From Rhizomicrobium sp. (GTDB lineage Bacteria > Pseudomonadota > Alphaproteobacteria > Micropepsales > Micropepsaceae): a stretch of 32,000 nt of DNA. The stretch spans positions 1 through 32,000 of the forward strand of contig DASYBT010000029.1 of NCBI GenBank assembly GCA_036500585.1. Reading direction: 5' to 3'. Below the pieces are notes generated by a model. The model searched no databases. It worked only from the letters and a program-made list of their open reading frames with translations, and was not told where the DNA came from. The position numbers and the translations under genes were made by a program. Positions 1 to 6,037 of this stretch are shown piece by piece (position 1 is the stretch's first letter; the number at the start of each line of letters is the position of its first letter).

Positions 1-98
1 GAACCCTCGTATGAAGCTTGGGAAGCGGGGTTGAAACCTTACATATCAACGGCTTGGCTGTAAAAACCGCCAGAACTGCGCGTAAAGGATTCAATCGC

Positions 99-617
99 TT
101 ACCGCATCGCTGTAAAAGGGGGTTGGCCTCCCACGGCCGCATCCGCACCATAATACGTGACATAGGCGCTCGTCCAATCGCTGGCGATGGCGCCTTGCGC
201 GGTGGTGAGATCGAGCGCGCGGCGGCACACCAGCGCGTGCAATCGGTTTTCCAGCCGGTCCTTCACGGCCGCGTTCCATGCGCCATGTCGCGGTTCCGGC
301 CACAGATTGCGCGCGTCGGCCGGCGCGGCGCCCAGCTCGAGCGGGATCAGATGATCTTCCTCGTAATCGCGCGCGGCGCCGGAAAGATGCCATGCGGACA
401 TCTGCGCCCGCTTGAGCGCCGAAGTGAACCGCGCCGGCGGGCGCACATGCTTCGTGTAGCCGGGCACACAGACCGTCGTGTCGATGTTCGATGACGTGAC
501 GTGTGGGTCGACAGCGCCCGGCGTCAGAGCCGGATCCGGGAGCGCAGGATCGCGCGCCGGAATGCCGGCGCATCCGGTGAGCATCGCCAGCGCGAGAATC
601 GCCATGCGCATCGTCAT
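99..617 (-). CDS. Exported lipoprotein with HNH/His-Me-finger-like motif (hypothetical)
   Basis: An inner ATG (615-617 on the plus strand) of tracked ORF 99..1007 gives MTMRMAILALAMLTGC, a signal peptide plus lipobox (LTGC). The mature part carries YEEDHLIPLELGAAP...NLWPEP, an HNH-like signature. It lies 32 nt downstream of the methyltransferase stop on the same strand. The upstream 130 codons of the tracked ORF are Arg/Pro-rich and overlap the MTase gene, so I trimmed them. Confidence 0.6.
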   Translation of the reverse strand: MTMRMAILALAMLTGCAGIPARDPALPDPALTPGAVDPHVTSSNIDTTVCVPGYTKHVRPPARFTSALKRAQMSAWHLSGAARDYEEDHLIPLELGAAPADARNLWPEPRHGAWNAAVKDRLENRLHALVCRRALDLTTAQGAIASDWTSAYVTYYGADAAVGGQPPFTAMR

Positions 618-649
618 GTGGGGAGGATATCGCGGCAGGCGGCATTCGA

Positions 650-1312
650 TCAAAACAGCCGGCCCTGATCGAGCTCGCGGCGGATGCGCGTCTCGGCCGC
701 CTGGAACCAGCGCTCCACGATCTCGATGCCGATGAAGCGGCGGCCGCAAGATAGCGCGGCAACGCCGGTCGTGCCCGATCCCATGTAAGGGTCGAGCACC
801 ACGTCGCCGGGCCTGGTGACGCTCTCGATGATCCAGCGCATCACCTCGACCGGCTTCTGCGTCGGGTGCCAATGCTCGCCGCGCTCCGGGCCGCGGTGCG
901 CGCCGGTCCACACGTAGCGGATCATCCGCGCCGGACCATCCTCCGAACACCACGCCAGCTCGCAATCCGAGAAGCACATGCACTTCATGCCGGGGCGCTT
1001 GTCCCACACGAACCAGGCGCGGGAATCCGGCAGCCGGCTGGCGAAGTTATTGGCGCCGAACAGCACCGTCGGCTTGGCCCATGCGAGCAGCGGACACGGA
1101 TCGAACGGCTCGGAATCGCCGACGATGCCCGTCACGTCGCGCCACTTCGTGTTCCCGGGGTTCGAGGGATCGTAGCCGATGCCGTATGGCGGATCGGACA
1201 CGATGGCATCGTATTGGTCGGCAAGCGCCGGCAGCAGCACGATGCCGTTGGCCAGGTAGAGCTTGGCGCGGCCGAGATCGACCGCGCGGACACACAGTTC
1301 TTCCGTTGACAT
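650..1312 (-). CDS. DNA methyltransferase, beta-class N6-adenine/N4-cytosine family (DPPY type), orphan
   Basis: ORF 650..1555 is trimmed to ATG 1312 (MSTEELCV...). Motif IV (SDPPYGIGYD) lies near the N-terminus and motif I (VLDPYMGSGTTGVAA...FIGIEI) near the C-terminus. Motif IV before motif I is the beta-class order, and DPPY favours N6-adenine. No restriction partner is visible. Confidence 0.9.
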   Translation of the reverse strand: MSTEELCVRAVDLGRAKLYLANGIVLLPALADQYDAIVSDPPYGIGYDPSNPGNTKWRDVTGIVGDSEPFDPCPLLAWAKPTVLFGANNFASRLPDSRAWFVWDKRPGMKCMCFSDCELAWCSEDGPARMIRYVWTGAHRGPERGEHWHPTQKPVEVMRWIIESVTRPGDVVLDPYMGSGTTGVAALSCGRRFIGIEIVERWFQAAETRIRRELDQGRLF

Positions 1313-1627
1313 GAGACGCCCTTCAGACACCCTTTCTCGCGCCCGTGCGCGGGCGGTGGACCGGCGGTGGCCGTCCATGGGGTTGCCGTTGGGCGAGGTG
1401 TGAGCCTCGCGGTTGAGGGCGCTGCGAACGCCCTGAGCCTCCGCCCAATCGAGGCGAAAGACTCGCAAAGCCGATGTGATGTTTTTTGTTTCAGAATTGT
1501 GCGGCGCGCCGCGCGGGCGAACCCGCGCGACAAGTGTCCACAAGTTTCGCGACAACGCCGCCGTATTAAAGTTCCCTCGCCGTCGGGAGGGGATTGCCGG
1601 ACGCGCGCCATTATGCGCGAGATGTAT

Positions 1628-1804
1628 CCGGAGCCTGAGAACTCCTGATGTGAGCCGATGCGCGTGGCAGCGCGAAGCACGCGAGAGCGTGTTCGCCGGA
1701 CAAAACCCACGCCGCGGAAATGCCCGCTTGGTCGGGAGTCCGCGAATACAACACCCGCGAGGGAAATTAGCGGGCCTGACTCACATCAGGTTCTCAGCTC
1801 CCGG
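1628..1804. repeat. MITE-like / long stem-loop element: ~20-27 bp terminal inverted repeats enclosing one REP unit
   Basis: The left arm CTGAGAACTCCTGATGTGAG (1635-1654) is the reverse complement of the right arm CTCACATCAGG--TTCTCAG (1780-1797), apart from a 2-nt gap. The flanking CCGGAGC / CTCCCGG extend the pairing with a bulge. The ~125-bp interior contains REP copy 1672-1696. Confidence 0.55.
1672..1696 (+). repeat. REP-like 25-nt hairpin repeat, copy 1
   Basis: GCGAAGCACGCGAGAGCGTGTTCGC. The outer arms GCGAA/TTCGC and the inner GC pairs can fold as an imperfect hairpin. It matches the other 10 copies listed. Confidence 0.8.
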
Positions 1805-1883
1805 CACCAGCCGGGAGGGTTCGGGAAAACAGCTCCACGGGCGTTGGCGTGTCGAAAACGAAACGGGAGCTTTGTCTTTTCCA

Positions 1884-2123
1884 ATGGCGAGAAACGATCA
1901 ATGCGAAGCGCGCGAGAGCGTGTTCGCAAAAGCAGAATCACGCGCGAGCGATCGCGCCGAACGGGAGAATATTACCTCGACGGTCGAGCAGCTGGACGGC
2001 GTGCTGGTGTGCGCCCTGGCCGCCTGCCACGCCGAGGCAACCGTGCCTGCCGCGATCACCGGCGCGATCTGGGCGGCGGCGCGCCTCGCTTCCGAGGTTC
2101 GACGCACACTTTGCGACGCCTGA
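1884..2123 (+). CDS. Possible small protein (79 aa; start uncertain)
   Basis: This is the C-terminal part of tracked ORF 1476..2123, starting at ATG 1884. The segment ENITSTVEQLDGVLVCALAACHAEATVPAAITGAIWAAARLASEVRRTLCDA has strongly G/C-biased third codon positions. The N-terminal codons are supplied by REP copy 2, so the true start may be later (GVLV, GTG near 1999). Confidence 0.3.
   Translation: MARNDQCEARESVFAKAESRASDRAERENITSTVEQLDGVLVCALAACHAEATVPAAITGAIWAAARLASEVRRTLCDA
1903..1927 (+). repeat. REP-like 25-nt hairpin repeat, copy 2
   Basis: GCGAAGCGCGCGAGAGCGTGTTCGC, in the same orientation as copy 1 and 231 nt downstream of it. Confidence 0.8.
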
Positions 2124-2163
2124 TGCTGTTGCGCGCGAGACCGCATGGCGCGACCATCACGCC

Positions 2164-2346
2164 ATGCATCTCGCGATCGCGCTGACCCTCGCATTTGCTG
2201 CCGCCACGTCGCTTCTGGGCGCGCGCAGGAGCGCCGGGCTTGCGGCGGCAACTCGAAAGCACGCCTATTGGCTCAGTGCCGGCGTAGCGCTCACGATGAC
2301 CGCCTGGCTGGCCTACTGCGCGCTCTGGATGTTCGGGCACCTCTGA
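2164..2346 (+). CDS. Possible small membrane protein (60 aa, two hydrophobic segments)
   Basis: ATG 2164 lies inside tracked ORF 1849..2346 and gives MHLAIALTLAFAAATSLLGARRSAGLAAATRKHAYWLSAGVALTMTAWLAYCALWMFGHL. Third codon positions are GC-rich. It ends 65 nt upstream of luxR on the same strand. Confidence 0.4.
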   Translation: MHLAIALTLAFAAATSLLGARRSAGLAAATRKHAYWLSAGVALTMTAWLAYCALWMFGHL

Positions 2347-2410
2347 CCTACGCCCGCTTTTGCCTCCTGTCGCGTTGCTCTAGTCTGCCCGGCGATCCGG
2401 GGGGAGCGGG

Positions 2411-3136
2411 GTGGCCGAGAAATTTCTGGCAGCGTTCGACTTCATCGATCGCGTCAAAGAGATCGACACCGTCGAGGAACTCGTCGCCGCCTTTCAGGGC
2501 CTGATCGGCCAGTACGGGTTCGGAGCATATTGCGTCGGGAATGCCACCGCACCAAAGCTCGCCGTTGAGGATCGCGTTTGGTGCGCCACCTGGCCGGATG
2601 GCTGGGCCTCGGTCTGGCAGCAGAAGAACTTCGCGGCGGTCGATCCGGTCGTGTACCAGTTGCTCGCGACCTCGGTGCCGTTTCGATGGAGCGACGTACG
2701 ACAACGGGCCGACGAATCCGGTGCCGAAGTGATGGACGTCGCGGCCTGTGATTTCCGGATGCGGGATGGGCTCGGCATCCCCGTTATTCGGCACGGCCAG
2801 ACAATCGGCATCACCATCGCCGGCGAACAGTGCGACCTGAGCGAGCGGGACAAGGGATCGCTCCATATGGCCGCGATCTACTTCCAGGCACGCCTCGAGA
2901 AACTGCGCGCCGCGGCACCAAGGCCGGTCAAGCAGAAACACGGCCTTACGACCCGTGAGCGGGATTGCATCGCGTGGGCCGCGGCTGGCAAGACCGACTG
3001 GGAAATCGGCCAAATCCTGTCGATAGCCGAGCAGACGGTTCATTCGCACGTCAGAAATGCGCTGCGAAAGCTGGACGCGATGAATCGCACGCATGCCGTC
3101 GCAATCTGCATGGCACACGCCCTGATCCGGCCTTAG
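2411..3136 (+). CDS. LuxR-family acyl-HSL-type transcriptional regulator (autoinducer-binding domain + GerE HTH)
   Basis: GTG 2411 is preceded by GGGGAG (2401-2406). In the N-terminal domain the W65/W69/D78-P79/W93 spacing equals TraR W57/Y61/D70-P71/W85. The C-terminal HTH reads LTTRERDCIAWAAAGKTDWEIGQILSIAEQTVHSHVRNALRKL. Confidence 0.9.
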   Translation: MAEKFLAAFDFIDRVKEIDTVEELVAAFQGLIGQYGFGAYCVGNATAPKLAVEDRVWCATWPDGWASVWQQKNFAAVDPVVYQLLATSVPFRWSDVRQRADESGAEVMDVAACDFRMRDGLGIPVIRHGQTIGITIAGEQCDLSERDKGSLHMAAIYFQARLEKLRAAAPRPVKQKHGLTTRERDCIAWAAAGKTDWEIGQILSIAEQTVHSHVRNALRKLDAMNRTHAVAICMAHALIRP

Positions 3137-3145
3137 CAGCCGTCA

Positions 3146-3163
3146 ATCCCGAATCCTCGGGAT
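3146..3163. promoter_or_regulatory. 18-bp perfect dyad ATCCCGA-ATCC-TCGGGAT: lux-box-like operator candidate (or luxR terminator stem)
   Basis: The 7-bp arms are perfectly complementary with a 4-nt spacer. The dyad lies 10 nt after the luxR stop (TAG 3134-3136). Its centre is about 64 nt upstream of the luxI-fusion start codon. No T-tract follows it. Confidence 0.4.
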
Positions 3164-3217
3164 GGCACAGCCCGCGTTGACCATGGCTCCGTTCCGGCAC
3201 TTCGGGGAGGAACCGCC

Positions 3218-4861
3218 GTGCTGATGGAAGTCGTGTCGCGTGAAAACCGCGATGGTTATCAGGACCAGATCGAGCAGATGCATCGGCTGCGCCACCGCGT
3301 CTTTGTTGACCGGCTTGGATGGAAGGCGCTGCAAAAGGCCGACGGCCGCGAACTGGACGAATTCGACAACAGCGATGCCATCTACCTGCTGGTGACTGAC
3401 GGCGCGCGTGTGGTCGGCTGTCACCGCATCATACCGACGGTCAAGCCGCACCTCATATCCGAGGTGTTTTCCGACTTCTGCGACGTCCGCGGCGTGCAGC
3501 GCGGTCCGGGAATCGTCGAGTGCGGCCGGACCTGCATCGACGAGGAGCGCCTTACGCGGGCAGAAGCCAGAATCGCGCGCCACGTCCTGATGACTGGGGT
3601 CATGGAGTTCTGCCTGCGAGCCGGCGCCACAGGCTTCACCGGCATCAACCCGATTTCCGTCATGAGCCGCTACCTCCGGATCGGCTGGAACATTCGTCCT
3701 TTGGGCATTCCGCGCCGGATGGACGACGGCGAGACCTACGTTGCGGTTTCGTATGCCGTCAGCCCAGCGGCGCTTGCCGCCGCCCGGCACGCGTACGGCA
3801 TTGACGGCGACATCGTGGTGTATCGCGGCGGCGACACGCCGCTGAAGCAGCTTCTTGCTGCCGAGGAAGTTCGGCGCGGCGATCACGTCAGCAAGGAACA
3901 GGTGGAACAATTCGAGCGGGACGGCGTGATCGCCATCCGGAACTCGCTATCCGGCCAGGCGATTGAGGAGCTGCGCGACGCGCTCGACGAGCTTGGCCGC
4001 GACGTCGGCAAAACGGCGACTGGTTATGACCTGACCGTCTTGCGCACGGCAATCTTCGACGGCGGAAATGCCGCCGCGGCCGCAGGCGGCGCGACGCAAC
4101 ACGACGTGACCTCGCTTACGAGCGTCATACGCGCGTCCGGCAAACGCGCGCTGACCGAGCCGCTCCACGAGCAGTGTGCAGGTCATTTTGTGCTCGACAC
4201 GACGACGTGGATGCGAAATGCGGCCGTTCGCCGGATCGCGCTGGATTCGCCCCTGCCGAATATCGCCGCCGCGCTCCTCCGCGCCTCGAAGGTTAATTTC
4301 TGCGACGATCAGATTTTTCTGAAATCGCCGCACACGATCGACCGCACGGCGGTGCATCAGGACTGCACCTATTTCCATCTCGACGGCGAGCAAGGCTGCG
4401 TCATGTGGATTTGCGTCGACGACGCAGATGCGAAATCCGGCGCGCCGTTCTACCTGCGCGGCTCGCATCGCTGGGGCCGCGAGTTCGCGCCGAACGTGTT
4501 CATGGCGCAAACCCGGCTTCCGGGAAGCGCTGGCGACGATCTCGACGACATCGAGGAACGGCTATCGGCCTTCGATACGATCACATTCGAAACGCATCCT
4601 GGTGACGTGATCGTCCATCACTTCCGCACGGTGCATGGGGCTGGCGGCAATCTCTCGGATCATCCAAGGCGTGCGCTATCCTTGCGCTATGCCGGCGAGG
4701 ACATGCGGTTCCGAAGACGGCCTGGCGCGCCGGAGCAGCCGCACCACCGTCATTCGTTGCGCGATGGCGACCGCCTGGACAGCAGGCAGTTTCCGGTCGT
4801 GTGGCCCCGCCCGTTCCCGGAATTCCGCATCTCCTCCCTCTATTCCGGCTCTGCACAATGA
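3218..4861 (+). CDS. Fusion protein: LuxI-type acyl-homoserine-lactone synthase (aa ~1-205) + PhyH-type Fe(II)/2-oxoglutarate dioxygenase (aa ~225-495)
   Basis: This is a single 547-codon ORF. GTG 3218 lies 7 nt after GGGGAGG, and ATG 3224 is an alternative start. The N-terminal part (RLRHRVFVDRLGWKALQKADGRELDEFDNSDAIYLL...VVGCHRIIPTVKPHLISEVF) is typical of the LuxI family in BjaI/RpaI style. The linker is AAEEVRRGDHV. The C-terminal part (SKEQVEQFERDGVIAIRN...AVHQDCTYFH (H380-x-D382)...DVIVHHFRTVHGAGGN (H473)...RRALSLRY) is typical of phytanoyl-CoA-dioxygenase-like enzymes. Confidence 0.85.
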   Translation: MLMEVVSRENRDGYQDQIEQMHRLRHRVFVDRLGWKALQKADGRELDEFDNSDAIYLLVTDGARVVGCHRIIPTVKPHLISEVFSDFCDVRGVQRGPGIVECGRTCIDEERLTRAEARIARHVLMTGVMEFCLRAGATGFTGINPISVMSRYLRIGWNIRPLGIPRRMDDGETYVAVSYAVSPAALAAARHAYGIDGDIVVYRGGDTPLKQLLAAEEVRRGDHVSKEQVEQFERDGVIAIRNSLSGQAIEELRDALDELGRDVGKTATGYDLTVLRTAIFDGGNAAAAAGGATQHDVTSLTSVIRASGKRALTEPLHEQCAGHFVLDTTTWMRNAAVRRIALDSPLPNIAAALLRASKVNFCDDQIFLKSPHTIDRTAVHQDCTYFHLDGEQGCVMWICVDDADAKSGAPFYLRGSHRWGREFAPNVFMAQTRLPGSAGDDLDDIEERLSAFDTITFETHPGDVIVHHFRTVHGAGGNLSDHPRRALSLRYAGEDMRFRRRPGAPEQPHHRHSLRDGDRLDSRQFPVVWPRPFPEFRISSLYSGSAQ

Positions 4862-5130
4862 ACACTCGGTCACCAAAAATCCGCGACGCCAAACCTCTCG
4901 TCCGCACAAGCGCGGTCTCCGGCCGACGCGATTCACCGCTCGATCCGCGCTCCGAGGCCGTCATGGAGCAGTTGCTGGCACTCCTGTTGTCGATGAAGGA
5001 GTTGGGTTTGGCTGACGAAGCCGAGCCCTACGTCGACGCCCTGATGAAGATCGTCTACGATCACGGAAAGCGCTCTCAGCGAGCCTCCGCAGGCAACGAT
5101 TCCAATCGGCAGCGCTCGGGGTTGATTTGA
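4858..5130 (+). CDS. Small hypothetical protein, translationally coupled to the LuxI-PhyH gene
   Basis: ATG 4858 overlaps the TGA stop at 4859-4861 (ATGA). The product is 90 aa. An alternative internal start is ATG 4963 (MEQLLALLLSMKELGLADEAEPYVDALMKIVYDHGKRSQ...). I recognised no family. Confidence 0.4.
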   Translation: MNTRSPKIRDAKPLVRTSAVSGRRDSPLDPRSEAVMEQLLALLLSMKELGLADEAEPYVDALMKIVYDHGKRSQRASAGNDSNRQRSGLI

Positions 5131-5136
5131 GGGTGT

Positions 5137-5165
5137 TTGACATTTGTGACGGCGTGACAGAATCT
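5137..5165 (+). promoter_or_regulatory. Candidate sigma70-type promoter (perfect -35 TTGACA, 17-nt spacer, GAATCT) with TGTGAC/GTGACA direct repeats
   Basis: TTGACA lies at 5137-5142 and a -10-like hexamer at 5160-5165. The spacer contains TGTGAC GGC GTGACA. The element sits directly upstream of the XRE reading frame. Confidence 0.4.
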
Positions 5166-5203
5166 TCTATGAAGCAGGCGACATTTCCCAGCGAGCGACG
5201 GAA

Positions 5204-5578
5204 CTGAACCGCGATAGCCCGTCAGTCAAGCGGCCAGGCGACACCGACATTCGTGTCGGTCAAAACCTGCGCGCGCTCCGCGTCGCACGCGGGCTTTCTC
5301 AACAGCAGCTCGGCAAGCAACTCGGCCTCACCTTCCAGCAGGTTCAAAAATACGAGCGTGGGATCAACCGCATCGGCGCCGGACGGCTATTCGACGTCGC
5401 GAGATTGTTCGGCGTGAGCGTTCTATTCTTCTATGCGGAACCCGGTTCGCAACCCGAGCTTGGCGGCAAAAGTCCTACCGAGGCAGAATTCCTGGCCGAA
5501 TTGGGCCGTCTTCCGGAACTGAAAGACCGTCGCCAGCTGTTGGCGAATATCCGGCGGTTCGTCGCGCAACGCACCTGA
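5204..5578 (+). CDS. XRE-family helix-turn-helix regulator; start codon unresolved (possible pseudogene)
   Basis: This gene is not in the ORF track. The frame is open from 5150 to TGA 5576-5578. It encodes ...DIRVGQNLRALRVARGLSQQQLGKQLGLTFQQVQKYERGINRIGAGRLFDVARLFGVSVLFFY..., a textbook HTH_XRE. There is no in-frame ATG/GTG/TTG upstream of the HTH. The coordinates given start at the in-frame CTG 5204. ATG 5169 is in another frame and stops after 12 codons. Confidence 0.6.
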   Translation: MNRDSPSVKRPGDTDIRVGQNLRALRVARGLSQQQLGKQLGLTFQQVQKYERGINRIGAGRLFDVARLFGVSVLFFYAEPGSQPELGGKSPTEAEFLAELGRLPELKDRRQLLANIRRFVAQRT

Positions 5579-5596
5579 TCGCCGAGCGCACCCTGT

Positions 5597-5941
5597 TCAC
5601 CGCGGCGGCAGGCGGGACTCCAGCACCGTGATGCGATGCTCGTGGTCGGTCTCGCTGCTCCATAGCCGCGTCTGGTCATCGCGCTCCTGCTGGATCGCCT
5701 GGGCGTTGCCGAGGATGCGTACGTCGTAGCTCGGGAGAGACTGCTCCACGTGCTGAAGTCTGCTATCGATCGAACGAAGCGTGGCGGTTTGCTCGTTGCC
5801 GATCCACCGCACCAGGGCAAGCAGGATCGTTGCCGCCGCGACCAACACCAGGCGATAGGTGATGGCACCCCCGCCGTTGGTCGCGAACGCGTAGGCGCGC
5901 TGCGAAAGGCTTCGCATGTTGTCGGAATTTGTTTCTGCCAT
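5597..5941 (-). CDS. Membrane-anchored coiled-coil protein (hypothetical)
   Basis: ATG 5941 lies inside tracked ORF 5597..6031 and gives MAETNSDNMRSLSQ.... There is one TM segment (YRLVLVAAATILLALVRWI) followed by a polar heptad-like tail. The gene lies downstream of the terminator at 5984-6021. Confidence 0.5.
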   Translation of the reverse strand: MAETNSDNMRSLSQRAYAFATNGGGAITYRLVLVAAATILLALVRWIGNEQTATLRSIDSRLQHVEQSLPSYDVRILGNAQAIQQERDDQTRLWSSETDHEHRITVLESRLPPR

Positions 5942-5983
5942 GGCACGCGCCCCATCGAAGTGTTCGCCGGAATACGCAACAGG

Positions 5984-6021
5984 AAAAAGAGCGCGCCCGC
6001 TCCGGCACCGGGCGCGCTCTT
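5984..6021 (-). terminator. Rho-independent terminator (bidirectional-looking) ending the phage late operon
   Basis: AGAGCGCGCCCG (5988-5999) pairs perfectly with CGGGCGCGCTCT (6009-6020), and A5987:T6021 adds one more pair. The loop is 9 nt. On the minus strand the stem is followed by UUUUCCUGUUG, and on the plus strand by UCGUUAUUC. It lies 17 nt after the stop of gene 6038..6280. Confidence 0.7.
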
Positions 6022-6037
6022 CGTTATTCACGGGCGT

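Noticed and set aside
18-494. 158-aa plus-strand ORF at the left edge
   Set aside because: It starts at TTG, is Arg-rich, and is antisense to the lipoprotein gene.
99-1312. Type II restriction-modification pair (MTase + HNH nuclease)
   Set aside because: The HNH-like protein has a lipoprotein signal peptide, so it should be exported and would not be a cytoplasmic restriction enzyme.
650-1555. Full-length 301-aa version of the methyltransferase ORF, and the long ORF 99..1007
   Set aside because: The N-terminal extensions are Arg-rich and lack homology-like features. The internal ATGs (1312 and 617) give proteins that begin just before the conserved motif IV and the signal peptide, respectively.
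2348-3910. Minus-strand ORFs 2348..3118 and 3143..3910, opposite luxR and the luxI fusion
   Set aside because: They are antisense to genes with clear family signatures and have no motifs of their own. I treated them as GC artefacts. A regulatory antisense RNA cannot be excluded from sequence alone.
5597-5941. i-spanin with an embedded o-spanin
   Set aside because: The topology (N-terminal TM plus coiled coil) fits an i-spanin. No overlapping or adjacent ORF with a lipobox was found, and the gene lies after a strong terminator. I therefore left it as hypothetical.
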